From Laetmonice hystrix (lineage: Eukaryota): 64,000 nucleotides of DNA. Under the pieces are notes generated by a model. The model made no database searches, was not told the DNA's origin, and worked only from the letters and a program-made list of their open reading frames with translations. Below are positions 25,185 to 39,089 of this stretch, piece after piece (the first letter of the stretch is position 1; every line of letters begins with the position of its first letter). The position numbers and the translations under genes are program-made. The stretch spans positions 49,786,001-49,850,000 of the forward strand of contig OZ249437.1 of NCBI GenBank assembly GCA_965235115.1, read 5' to 3'.

Positions 25185-26023
25185 CGGCAATGTTGCTAGA
25201 ACTGTTCTCACCCTCCGCCACTGTCGATAGTTTTGAGTAGTGTGGCAGAACATGGTAGTTAATCAGATGAATTGTATGCGTACCTGTAACCTGAGTGTAA
25301 AAATGAAGTTTCGCCAAAAAATCAGTATTGGTGTTTGCCTTTCTCTGCACTGAAACCCCTCATCATTAGCGCTTCCAGGGGACCATCTTTTGTAAATATA
25401 ACCATTGGTTGAAAGTAATTCCACTTCTAGATTTTACTTTGCCATTTTAGGTTTATCAGAGAAACATCTGGTTATGTTGGCCTAAATGCCGCCATGGCCA
25501 CCTGAAGATCTGCCAGGTTGCTGATTAAAGTGGGAGAGAGAAACTGTTCCCTTGTTTCTCAGTGCAGGGTATCTGGTGGAGATAAGACATGAGAGCAGAA
25601 GACAGCACCCTGATCAACGATCTAAACAAGGTCCCCGTATACAAGTTCATTCTTCACGTCTCCAGTATCTTTGCTCCCACAGCGGAAATCAATCTGAATC
25701 CGACTTGTCTTATCATCCACTAGGACCGCTACGGACCAGAGAACGGCTGAACATCAACAGCCATATCGCCTCTAAACAGTCCTTCTACAACGGCTAACAA
25801 TGGGGGTTGGAACCAATGAATTCTTACGGTTTTCGCCTTCCCCGGAGCCATCCAGAAGTGGGCCATGCCAGTTCTAGGTCTTCGTTTGTTATTTTGATGC
25901 AGGAATATCATTCATCACTACGACTCGCACTAGTTCACGGGGATGGAGGATGGGTGAGACGGCTCATAGCCGTACGTGACTGACTTCTGTACCTGCTCTG
26001 GTACGGGACTTGGCGACACGGGG

Positions 26024-26457
26024 CTGAGCAGCCACTCGGGACTGAGCAGCAACTCGGCCACTCGGGACGGCGCAGCAACTCGGCCACTCGGGATTGAGCA
26101 ACAACTCGGCCACTCGGGATGGAGCAGCAACTCGGCCACTCGGGACTGAGCAACAACTCGGCCACTCGGGATGGAGCAGCAACTCGGCCACTCGGGACTG
26201 AGCAGCATCTCGGCCACTCGGGATGGAGCAGCAACTCGGCCACTCGGGACTGAGCAACAACTCGGCCACTCGGGATGGAGCAGCAACTCGGCCACTCGGG
26301 ACTGAGCAACAACTCGGCCACTCGAGATGGAGCAGCAACTCGGCCACTCGGGACTGAGCAGCATCTCGGCCACTCGGGATGGAGCAGCAACTCGGCCACT
26401 CGGGACTGAGCAACAACTCGGCCACTCGGGACTGAGCAACAACTCGGCCACTCGAGA
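26024..26457. repeat. Minisatellite, 16 x 26 bp plus a partial unit, with higher-order structure
   Basis: Unit (CTG/TGG)AGCA(G/A)CAACTCGGCCACTCGGGA; exact 26-bp period from 26042 to 26457. Confidence 0.98.
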
Positions 26458-29400
26458 GGTCCCTCAGCGCTCTCACATGAGACGTCACAAAAAGACATTT
26501 AGTCTTCATAAAAAGTAAATAACTACCTTTGTTCGTCGAAATTTTTGCTTCGAAGAAAAAAACATCATTTTAGTTTTTCTTAAAACTCCGTGGTTGAATT
26601 CCTTCATCTGATGTTGTGTTTGCCATCTTCATTATCCAAACTAGTAACATCGTTTTTATTATCTCTTAAACCTCTGTTCATGATAATATTCTGATTTAAC
26701 CTGATCTACAGACAGGAACAAAGCACTTTGAATTTCAAATCTCGTTTGTGTTTTTTCCCTTCAATGTTTCAATATGCTGCTTCCTCTCATTTACATCTAG
26801 TTTTGTAAAAATCAATCTATATTTGACCAATTTACACCGAAAAGAACGCCTGCTGTCCCAAAACATTGGGACATTTTATTCCTTGTCTGCTCCTAATGAG
26901 AGATCAAGGCCAAATTAATAATCAAATCAATATGCCATTCTCTCATCCTTAACAGATAATCACATTCATTTTTTTAGCCTTTCCAACATTAAAGCCAGTA
27001 AGAAATGACAGAATCTGTGTAAATTTAAGAAATAAATCACAACCAAGGCGATATCATCACGTTGGTGTCGGACAGATTGGAGGATGTCCAAAACTGAAAC
27101 AGAACCGAAGTGCTGGACCACATTTGTGGTCGCATCCCTTCAAACAGATCATATCATTTTAAAAGGGAAAACCCGATCTGCACTGATGCTAAAGATTTCT
27201 TCTTTCTCCGTACTTGTCTGCCAATCTTCCTGTCTTTTGTCAGTCAACTCTGAACATCTTAGAATGAATGCCGACTCCGAGCCCATTGATAAGATATCCT
27301 GGCCGAGAAATGAAGTGGAATTAACATTCGTCTTTGCTGGCGGAGATCAGACCTGAGCGGCAGTGGCCCGAATGGTAATTACACGCTGTTGGTGGAGGTC
27401 TTAGAGACCGTTTATCTAAAGATCCAATCATGTCAAACACCGGACACTGGGCAACAAGACACTTCCATGTGCAGCTGAACCAAATGGAAATATCCGCTGT
27501 AAACATCCTCCTAAGGTTTGACTAGGCCAGGCCACGTGAATTACGTTATGACGGGCCACCGAGAGGTTGAATCGTTGGCATCGTTTCCACACATGGAAAA
27601 ACAACCCAATGTGTGCTATGTCAGCCAAGAGCGCTTCTTTTACAAGCTCCCTGATTTGCTACTTTGTATGCAGATGAGGTCAGAGGTGGCAGCAGGGCAT
27701 ATTCATCACAATGAGGCTGTTGGGCCATGAGGTCATTGCTTCCATGTTGCTGGTGACCCCTGTCAATTTTCCAATGAAGAAATGGCCGTGATTGGTCGGT
27801 GCAGTAAGCTCATAAATTCCGACAGCACGACCTTGTGGGCCAATTTGGTTTTCTGCCAGTACATGTCTCCATTAGCAACAAGAGACGTAATTGACAGTGC
27901 AAAGGACGCAAGGTTGCTAAAACGTGCCACTCGTGAGCAGTAGTTGAGCCGATTCACAATGCAGGCCATTTTACCTAATAAAACGTTTCCGAACGTTTCC
28001 GATTTATGATTTTATCACGAAGGTCAGGGAAGTACCAGCTCTGTTAACAGACATTTTTAAAGTGATTTGAGCCTCACGTGTCATAATACCCTGTTTTACT
28101 TCTTTATATTAATAATTATTCTACGACCTTATATTTTTTTATCCTGCACGAGAACGTTTTCTGCTACATTCATCATTTAAACACATTACTAGCTTCCAGT
28201 GCCATTAGGAATTCTGCAGTACAAAATCATGACATTACGTGTTGTTGCCTCTGCCTTTATAGTCATCTTGTTCTGCTAAAAAAACTTCTTTCAATGCAGC
28301 AGATAGAAAAGCAATTGTTTCATTGTGACATCAGTATTATTGTGCCTCCTTTTGGAAGAATTCATGGATCCTGTTGATGAAGGTGATATACATTTTATTA
28401 AGTGCAAAATTGTCTCTTTTTTCCGAAGAAGATCTTTGAAAATGATAATATAATTTTAATACAGTTGATGATACAGACTGGCGCAATGAAACATTGCGGT
28501 CCAATAAGTTTCTGCTGTGTGGATACCGGACGGTCTCTGATAGTGTCTCCTGTATGACAACTGCAGGAAGATCCTGGGAGATTGGTGGGATATTTATCTT
28601 CTTCCAAAAGGGGTTTTATCTCATCGGTTGTGTGCCCAGCCTGGTGGGGCCGGGACAGGAGGGTGTTTGGTATTGGGAAGAAATGGGTATTGGGTATGGG
28701 GCGGGGGTGGGGGGTGGCAGTGCCACGCCTTGCTTTGGCTTGATAGATGGGACAACATGGATGTAGACCTTGACAGGGGGTGGGATGGGGAAGAGGCTGA
28801 CTGGAATGAGTAAAGGCGGGTGAATACAATAACGAAGCCAACACAACGGCCGCAATAGAAGCGGGGGTGTCGTGACCCACATATGAAGCGGGCGGGCACA
28901 TGTTGCGTCTCTGCTGTTGGGAAAACCTTTTCAGACACACAACCTTGAATAATCACAAGGAGACGCGGCATAATTGGATTTTGAGGAAAGCAAGTTTCAG
29001 ACATGAAAAGGGCCTTTATTTGAGACAGTTCCATCCAAAGCCAGCGCTGTTGACAGATAAAACAGATAAGAAAGGGAAGGGAGGATTCTTCTGATGCATT
29101 ATGCACGGAATATGCATTACTGATGTATGGGTATTCAATGATAGATCAGGCACTGTACCTTGGCAGGCTGCCCATTGTATTACGTTATTATGTCTCTCTC
29201 TATCCAAGATTAATATATGATATAAGAACTCTATTTTGTTTAGATTCGCAAGGCATTAAGATGTCTATAATTTATTTCACCGTAAATGTTAAAAAAATAT
29301 TCTAAATTTATTCCAAGAGTTACTTGAAAACAGCGCAGTTCTCTTTGTAAAAATAATAGAAACTTCTATCCATCATAAATACATGCTAAAATTTACGGCA

Positions 29401-30150
29401 CTGCAATGAATAGACGCACCAAGTCGGAGTTGGTTCCAGTATAGATCTGCTAGTCTACCACAATGCTCCACACCGGCGGCCTGGTTTTGTGTGAATTAGT
29501 TGGAATTACAAAGAGGAGGTAAACGCTATCTCTTTTTGTACTCTCTATAAATTACTGCAAAAAACGGGCTCCCTCAGGACCCATTCGTCATCTTATGAAT
29601 GGCTAACCTAAGATGGATCATTTAAAGCTAAGCTCCTTAATACATACTAATTGCCTGGTAGTCCGCCTACATTGAGTTGCATCAGTTAATGGCCATTTAG
29701 ACCTGGATTTTGTTCGATTACTGCGGATCAGAATCTCAGAAATCTAGAAGGTAGATGACTAAAAGAACAAGCCGTTGTACTTGCTTATTGGTATAAGGTC
29801 GAGATTTCCTAACACCATGGAACCAGGGCAATGTATCGAGGTACTGTGACTTCTCATTAGATGACAGTTAAACAGTTATATAGAAAGTTTCGTTAAATTA
29901 CTGGACATAACAGTGCGAGGTTTCAATGGTGTTACTGCAGCTCAAGCTGGCGACATGGTGCATTTATTATGTCACTTTTATCACGGCCTGGACATAATGT
30001 TACCTAGATTTTCAGCAGTGAGCTAACGTGCATTCGCAAGTAATACCACAGTTCCACCTCGAGCGTTTAAGGACAGGAAGCACTTGATCCTTCCTTCCTT
30101 CCTTCGCCTGAAGGTGAACACCCTAACCCATTCGGGACTTTCTCGGGCAT

Positions 30151-30206
30151 ATGACGTCACTTCCTGCTATTCGAATATACCCTCGGGTGGAATAGCGGCC
30201 ATGTTT
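30151..30206. promoter_or_regulatory. Putative promoter: composite CRE-ETS (ATGACGTCACTTCCTG) plus YY1-like GCGGCCATGTTT
   Basis: Perfect TGACGTCA overlaps CACTTCCTG at 30151-30166; further CAGGAAG sites nearby. Confidence 0.4.
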
Positions 30207-32362
30207 GGCAACCAGATACACGGCCAAATGGAGGTGTGTAGCGAGGCACTAAGTGAACCGTCATATCCCATCGAGCCAGGAAGTAGTGCATTATTGACAC
30301 CTGCTCCTTCGGCGTTGTATGTGCAAATATAAATTTTTGGTATGAAGGGGAACGTTTGAAGAAGAAAAATGAATCACCCAATTTACCTAAATGGGCGTCA
30401 ATACGGTAATTTATCAAATTCTGGGAAGCAATATGGCCGCGCCCATGTACGACACTGGCCCGACACATGGTAGGACTACTTGTAATCATGTTGTAATTTA
30501 AGTTGTATCATGACATGATACTATTGTAATATTGCCCACTGACTTCGGGGAAAGCATTGTAGGCCTATTTTAGTTGCCTACAAAATACTGCAAGCACTGC
30601 CTACTGTCGAGAGTCCCGGCTAAATGTACCCGCGATGCAATGCTCAAAATGGCACCTATTTCACCCGAGGCTACTTTCGAAGATATGGCCGAGGATTCCC
30701 GAATGACCCTAACCATGCAGTCCTTCAAAATGTGAAAATACGAAACAAGATTATGTTTATTTTAGAATAATCCTGGATGTGTTGACGTTAATACCTGTTC
30801 TAACGTTACACGGCTGCGAGCCTGATCAGATAAAACCTGTGAGACCGCCTATCGCAATTGGGATTAAATATATACTACCTAATAATACCTGCCTTGTACT
30901 TCTCAAACTACAGTGCAAAAACAAGAACATTTTCCTGAACCTGAGGTCCATTTATGTCAGAAAGGGAAGGCGCAGTCCATTATCAACCTACTCAGCTTGT
31001 CTTGTGTTTTAGGCAATGGGGAATAATCCGAATGGTGTGGCCATCAATGACAACTGACTACGTGTATATATCCAGTCTTTAGTAAGAAAACTTTCGAGGC
31101 TTTAAACATCAAGTCGAAAAGAAATCTTAGAAATTGCATCAATTGCCCATTCTGCGCACAGGCTGAGTACATTTGATGCACTTCTCTGTTTTATTCAATA
31201 TGCATGATTGCTGCTTTCCGATACTTGCCCAAATTCAAACATTTCAGGGAATTTATCTTCCAAATATAAGGATCCCTTTTTCCATTCAGTTGGCCAGATG
31301 AGTAAACCTACTAAACTGCTATAATTCTCTCTTTTGTTTCATAACACAACTTTAGGCAAATCGATTTGACTGAATAAATGCAGCTTTTACTCAGAACAAC
31401 AACTTCATACCTTTTAGTATAAATCTCATTTCAGCAGTGAACAAAGGTGGCAGTTATCATATTTCGTCAACATTATAAAACCAAACAATGCTCTTTCCCT
31501 TTCTAATATTTGTTGCACAACATTCACTACGTACTCATCTCAACGCATCATCTTGTACATGACCTTAGCGAGATGATTGTCCTCAGTGACGATCAGTATC
31601 AGGATGATACTGATAATCAGGACCGTTCTCACTCAATGTCAGGCCCTGATTACGTGTGATAGAAGGTCTCTTGTTTATATATAACGGCCTACAACCATTG
31701 ATTGACTGATTGAACCGCTCGGAACTGACTGAAGTGACGCGCCAGCCCAGAGGTGTGCAATATCAGCAGTTTCACCACTGAATAGTGATTGCTTCTCCAC
31801 CATACAAAGGTTTCCTCCAATAACTCGAAGCTACGATTAAGAGACAGCATTGATTTCAACACTGATAAATTATATCACCAATGAGACTATTGTGTAAATG
31901 AACAATTACCTTGTGGGTGAGAAAGTCATGCATAACAATAAACTTGGGAGTAGGAGGAATCCGACGTATCCACAGGTCTCGGTAAAATAGACTGATATTA
32001 TCGATGGCATGCTTTCCTAATATTCAAGCCTTCTGCTCATATTAACAAAATCAATATCACACTATTATCATACTGTCTGCAGTACAACATGGAGCCTTTG
32101 TCATATAAATGCAAAAGCACGCAAATAACAAGTAACAGAACTCAATACTGAGACCCATATAAAAGTCCTGCTTAAAACTCGAGGCCCCAAAATCCTACAA
32201 ACCCAGTTGTGTCTGATTAAAAACTGCCGTGATACTCTCGCTCTTTTCTCTACTTTTCATACACTTTCCTGGGCGCCCAGCGACATTATCCTACCTTTTT
32301 TAATATTAGGGCAACTCGGCTTCAACTAAAAAATGCAAAGTCATGAGCTTTATCCCCTAAAG

Positions 32363-32551
32363 ACAATGCCTGTCAAGCCTTGGCTGCCGTGTGGATGAGG
32401 TACGGCTTACCGAGGACTTTGGTAGGTCAAGCCGTCAGATCGGACATATTGACCAAGACTGACTTTGAGCGGCGGGAGAAGATTTGCCTAGCGACAACTG
32501 TAGGGACAGGGATCAAGCAAGATGTTGACATCCTTGGGGACCACGTGTCAT
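32363..32551 (+). CDS. Candidate coding exon (189 nt, phase 1-1) or Gypsy-integrase-like relic
   Basis: TTTATCCCCTAAAG| and |GTGAGT flank an open frame NACQALAAVWMRYGLPRTLV...GDHVS. RYGLPRTLV recalls the integrase RFGLP..LVSD motif. Confidence 0.3.
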
Positions 32552-33753
32552 GTGAGTTCCGGTGGTGACTGGACGGACGTAAGGAGGTGGTAGGCGGTGG
32601 ACATTGCCAATCTGTCCATGCATCGTCCTTTATCTCTAGAGTTTTATATTTGTACGAGTGTAAAACGTTTTGAGAGCGTTGTTCTCTTTAGTATATCAAT
32701 GTATCATAGTCATAGTAAAACATATCTAGTATGGCCCTTGTAATTTCTTAATGTTCCGATTCTATATGAGAGTATATCATAAAATAGATCCCGTATAATC
32801 AATCCATCCGAGGCCGTCCATGGCTCAAAGCATTATAATTACACAAGACCGATATTCGTCATGGTACATTAATTGGTGTATGAAACAAGATTTAATAATG
32901 GTAATGTAATTACCTGAGAGAATAATTAACTGTCCTTACCATGGTTTATTATCAGTAACTAACACTGGTGTGTAAGCATAGTGATGTGAAATGAATACTG
33001 CTGCACAATGAAACTACAAAAAGTTTTTTTTTCGGGGTGGGGAAGGGGGGCTACGTGTATGCAACGACTTTCCCTCATTCTGACTGAGCAATATGACAGA
33101 AACAGTAAGATCCAATTTGTTGACAGGACTTTTATAAACTTTGTACGTATCGCTATCCTCTCCACAACATCAAGCCAAACCTAACCCGATCCAGCAATAA
33201 TCAGTGCCCCTATAGCCCCTACAGCTGTACCCGCACCCCACAAAACACGATGATTTGTACCATTTGTCAGGGTATCCCGTCGGCCTGTCATGAGGCGAGA
33301 ATTTTACATTGATTACACCGGGTGGTCGCCTCGAGTCGGGGCCATAGAATTCGCAACAAGCAAAACCGCTGCTTCCCAGTCCAACACCAGCACCGCTCCA
33401 TCCTACTTAATAACACCCCTTCATGCTGTGTTTGCCTTTAATCATTACATTTATTTGAATAATTATTTGCGACAATGTCTGGCTGCGTGAAAAATGGCGC
33501 TCATGTTAGAGATGGACAGGGAGGGTTCTATAATTGCAAGGAATTACAGGGAGCCTTGATTTATTATCTTCATGCAGCAGTGACAGAATCACAGTAAGGA
33601 AGGGCAGACTTTACCCAACTACCCGTACCAGAAACTTGGTAATACGCCACTCTCATATACTCTCTGTGCTACCTTTACGTTCGTCTCCTTGAGGCCCAGA
33701 AATTCCTTCCAGGCTCATCTACCGTTAACAATGCCCTGCTGTCCACCATATTC

Positions 33754-33886
33754 CATAGGCGGCTGAAGTGTGGGGGGGGGGGGCAAGGGGGCACTCCCCC
33801 CAATAATTTTATAAGGGGCCTGCCCCCTTAATAATCCTATGGCTTTTGTAGATTTTTTTATGGCATATTATTAATTATTCCTAGAT
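33754..33886 (-). mobile_element. MITE-like element, copy B (inverted relative to copy A)
   Basis: Reverse complement is near-identical to 2827-2882 and ends in GCCGCCTATG like copy A. Confidence 0.7.
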
Positions 33887-35338
33887 ATGAGTTTGTTTCT
33901 ATATGATACAACTATATTCCACTATACCTCAATATGGGCCGCCTTAATATTTCCTCACGCAAAATGCCCCCCCCCCCAAAAAAAAAATATATATGTGTAT
34001 TATCTGTTCCGCCGCCACTACATACTCAGATTCCATAAGATTTTTCCATAACATCCCAAGGCAGCGGATATAGGACTAGTATTCAAGGACCCCCTTGATC
34101 CTTCTTATTTCTATGAAGAAAGGCGACATGTACATAATACAGAGTTATCAGAACTATACAACACCACAAAACAAACAAACCTAATAGTGGATTACTTCCT
34201 CCACAGATTCTCTGTGCCATGTCCGGAACGTATAAATATTTAAAAACGAAACGTTGTAACACGTACTTTTACATGACAAGTTTCAGAATCCATCCTCCAC
34301 ACCTTTCAGGCTAAATGATAAGAGGGTTCATGATATTTATTTCGAGCAATTACAGCGTTGAATCGCCGCGGGAACATGGTTCGAAATATCATAATTGTTA
34401 TGTGCAAAGTCAGTAAAGCCATTAAACTCTCATGCGGGTAGTACTTGAGATACGGGTTAATGGAAAACCTTGAAATGTCATCCAAATGAGAAGCTTTGTA
34501 TAATACCTGCAATTAACCTAACATCAAATCTCAGACTGGTCAACCAAATGATGAATCGATGGACTGGCTGAACATAGAGAATAGATCGGATACCGCAGGA
34601 TACGACAGGATAGTCATGAAATAACTAGCGTTTACTTGCACCAGTTAACCTTCTAGATAAGGCCTTCACGTTTTGTCTACGGCTTTCGGGTCCGCATTAT
34701 CTGAACACTTACATCTAACATAGAAATCAGTGAATGAAATCACACTGAGTGTGAATCTAAGCAAGTTTTACATTCTGACATGCGTGGCCTACCCATGGCA
34801 TAACCGTGATTAATTATGTCATGCGACAATCGGACTGTCCGCGATAATTATATTGCAACTCTGACTCCGAGCTGTCCAGAAAATGCAATAGAAAGGCAGA
34901 CAATGTAATTCATGTGCAGTTAGCTTTGTCAATCAAACTGTGAGCAACCTGTTTCTATACCATACACAAACTGAACAAAGCGAGCCCTAATCAAGGAAAT
35001 GGGGCGTTCACGGTGGAAATGATGATAGAGTGTTGATTGGGGAATAGATGGAGCGTCGATATGCGGGGTCCATCTGCAGGTCCATCTGCAGGTCCATCTG
35101 CAGGGTGTAAGACATCTGTCTACGTCTGGGGTCCAGGCGCTATTACAGGGTGGGAATTTCATACCCTCCCAGGGGTTAGTGGTGTGGGGTTGGTAATGCC
35201 AGACGGCAGGACACAATAGAGGCATAGTAATGGTCTTCCACCACAGATAGTGATCAGTTTTTGGCGGATACGATCTGCCCCACCACTCCATGAAATCGTC
35301 CACAGGTGGCAGCCAGCGAGCCGCGTGCTGCGGTCAAC

Positions 35339-35513
35339 TACTACATAACCCCGATCACCGTAACCACATAACTACATAACCCCGATCACCGAACTACATA
35401 ACTACATAACCCCGATCACCGTAACCACATAACTACATAACCCCGATCACCGTAACTACATAACTACATAACCCCGATCACCGTAACTACATAACTACAT
35501 AACCCCGTTCACC
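35339..35513. repeat. Minisatellite, ~5.7 x 31 bp (AACTACATAACCCCGATCACCGTAAC[C/T]ACAT)
   Basis: Read directly from the sequence. Confidence 0.95.
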
Positions 35514-36124
35514 AACACTACTGCTGAATGAAATAATCTGATAGGACCTGCAGGTCATTCAATACCCGTTAATACCCGCTAAATTCGGCGTTCAGCCGAG
35601 CATGGCGTGTCCAGATTCGTAACTTTCAAACAAAGGATGATTATGATTTTTGTGATTGTGATTTTTGTGATTGTGATTACGGAACGATGGCCGTGTAACG
35701 ATATACAGGCCGAGTTACAGTATTAGAACCCGTAGAGCTCTCACCAACAAGCAACACTCGTCTAGGTGTCAAACCTTCCTCTGGCATTAGTTATTTCCTA
35801 CATCCCTATTATAGTGTGTAATTAATTCGGTTAAATTTCCAGTATTACTACTCCATAATGAATGGGAATCATAAGTCGGATGTAGCAGCCTCGAAAGGTG
35901 ATAATTCTGTCATATGTGAAACCTCCGCTGTATGTGAAAAAAAAAGAACCTCATATGTAAAAATCAACGTCATGTACCACAAACTATTGTGAACTTCACA
36001 TTGGGGACTGCTCGTCGTGCTCACCTGAGCAACTGAGCAATCTCTATTTTTTTCCGAAAAGGTCCTTCGATTTATGAACCGCGTTCTTGTTTACTGACCA
36101 TTTGAATGGAGACAGTGGTATCAC

Positions 36125-36184
36125 AATGTCATTCATACAAACAATTCGAACTTTAATGTCATTCATACAAACAATTCGAACTTT
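36125..36184. repeat. Perfect 30-bp tandem duplication
   Basis: AATGTCATTCATACAAACAATTCGAACTTT x2. Confidence 0.95.
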
Positions 36185-37333
36185 AATACTATTCATTGCC
36201 TACATCATTTAACCAGCTTAGCTTTTGTCACGCTACCGTCACCTGTCCATTACACCTGCCTAACTACCTGTACACAACCGCGTAATTAATTTCTCACGGT
36301 AATCGTAAACGTGGTTTTGAATACCTTAGCACGACACTTGAATCATTCGGATACATTAATCACTTATTCAGTGTCGTTAGAAAACATATTAGGTCTAACA
36401 GCCAAGTGATTTCTCAGAAAATCTATTTCCATCAATTCCAGGAAAGAAGCATTACAGATATTAAATTGAAAAAGTGCGGTGTAATGAACTCCCTCAGACT
36501 GCCCAGCAAAATGAAATACGCCGTAATAATCTGACACTCTTGGTTAGAGATATCAGGTCCCAAATACTCTAACAATGCAGCGGTGAAGTATAACAATTGG
36601 TATTGTAAACCTTTGTCCCCCATACTTTCCAAAGACAATGATAACCACAAGCTGATCAGTTACAATTCCTGAGCCGCAATACCTTCTATATCAACAATTC
36701 TTAGTTCTATAAAAATCATGCACACTCACCAACACGCAGGCAAAGACCATAAAGGGTTGACACTGTTTCAGCATGTAAACCTACCTGTATAAGGAAACAC
36801 ATACCAATTAAATCGTGTGATATAGTGTAATTATATTCATGATACATTTACATCAAATAAAATACTTATAATTATTTCGTAAATTCCTAATACTTATCAG
36901 TGTCATTTCATCAAATAGAATTGGACTAATTATCTTATGTTCATGCGTCATTTCAGTCTCGATAGCGGTGCACTAGACGAAACATTCATCAATCTACATA
37001 ATTCATACTGTATGGCGGTTTATGGGGTCCGTTAACCGTTAATTGCTCACAGTGGACACATTGCGAACTTTGATTACAAGTATATGGCGTGTAGCGACTC
37101 CTTCATCTTCTGTCAGATCTGCAGCTTTACGACAGGCGCCAATCTCCTGTTCAATTCTCCAGGTATTACAAGTGCAGAGTTAGTCCTCTTAAACTGTTTA
37201 ATTACCAGTTTCAGAGTCAACATGTCAATTAAACGTTACCCGTAACATCTTCCCTAACACTTTCTAGCTCGAACCAAACTCAACCGGAAGTGGCTAGTTT
37301 CTCGTGTCAAGGAGGGTCCTCTTTGCAGCCGAG

Positions 37334-38858
37334 TTCCGTTATAATGAACATAGTTAAGGTCATGTGCGGCACCTATCAAATCTCCCACCATATCTCGCCA
37401 TGGTAACCAATGTATCCAATGGTAACCAGTTGTATCCAACACAAACCCAATTCATATAAATATAATGGATTTCAATACAAAGAACAAGTATTTTTGATTT
37501 TAAAAATGTTGAGATATCTATATGTCACCATGGTTATATAAGCCAAGGTTTATAGGAAATAATTTCTCTTTTTCCCCATTTAACTTTCTGACACTTTTTA
37601 AAGCCATGCAAGATCTGCTCTAATTAAGATATTCTTTATTCCGTTATAATGAACATAGTTAAGGTCATGTGCGGCACCTATCAAATCTCCCACCATATCT
37701 CGCCATGGTAACCAATGTATCCAATGGTAACCAGTTGTATCCAACACAAACCCAATTCATATAAATATAATGGATTTCAATACAAAGAACAAGTATTTTT
37801 GATTTTAAAAATGTTGAGATATCTATATGTCACCATGGTTATATAAGCCAAGGTTTATAGGAAATAATTTCTCTTTTTCCCCATTTAACTTTCTGACACT
37901 TTTTAAAGCCATGCAAGATCTGCTCTAATTAAGATAGTCTTTATTCCGTTATAATGAACATAGTTAAGGTCATGTGCGGCACCTATCAAATCTCCCACCA
38001 TATCTCGCCATGGTAACCAATGTATCCAATGGTAACCAGTTGTATCCAACCCAAACCCAATTCATATAAATATAATGGATTTCAATACAAAGAACAAGTA
38101 TTTTTGATTTTAAAAATGTTGAGATATCTATATGTCACCATGGTTATATAAGCCAAGGTTTATAGGAAATAATTTCTCTTTTTCCCCATTTAACTTTCTG
38201 ACACTTTTTAAAGCCATGCAAGATCTGCTCTAATTAAGATAGTCTTTATTCCGTTATAATGAACATAGTTAAGGTCATGTGCGGCACCTATCAAATCTCC
38301 CACCATATCTCGCCATGGTAACCAATGTATCCAATGGTAACCAGTTGTATCCAACCCAAACCCAATTCATATAAATATAATGGATTTCAATACAAAGAAC
38401 AAGTATTTTTGATTTTAAAAATGTTGAGATATCTATATGTCACCATGGTTATATAAGCCAAGGTTTATAGGAAATAATTTCTCTTTTTCCCCATTTAACT
38501 TTCTGACACTTTTTAAAGCCATGCAAGATCTGCTCTAATTAAGATAGTCTTTATTCCGTTATAATGAACATAGTTAAGGTCATGTGCGGCACCTATCAAA
38601 TCTCCCACCATATCTCGCCATGGTAACCAATGTATCCAATGGTAACCAGTTGTATCCAACACAAACCCAATTCATATAAATATAATGGATTTCAATACAA
38701 AGAACAAGTATTTTTGATTTTAAAAATGTTGAGATATCTATATGTCACCATGGTTATATAAGCCAAGGTTTATAGGAAATAATTTCTCTTTTTCCCCATT
38801 TAACTTTCTGACACTTTTTAAAGCCATGCAAGATCTGCTCTAATTAAGATAGTCTTTA
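37334..38858. repeat. Tandem array, 5 x 305 bp, near-identical
   Basis: TTCCGTTATAATG starts at 37334, 37639, 37944, 38249 and 38554; only two variable sites seen. Confidence 0.98.
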
Positions 38859-39089
38859 TCTATGTAAACCCTATTTAACATCACAACACTGAATAGAAAG
38901 TGTTCCGCCCGATCATAAAACAGTTTTCTGCTAAAGCAAACCTGACACTCACCGACATAATACCGGGCCTTCTAGCACGGCTTGCCTTGTCAGGTATCAT
39001 CCGTATACACCAACATATGTCTGACGGGTTTTCTTTTTTTAAGCGGGGTTTCTTTTGCAAGCGACGTCCTCAGTTTATCATCACTACTT

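Noticed and set aside
27763-27969. hAT dimerisation-like RFSNLASFALSITSL..KTKL
   Set aside because: Lacks the S.A..ER.FS core; no TIRs or upstream transposase recognised.
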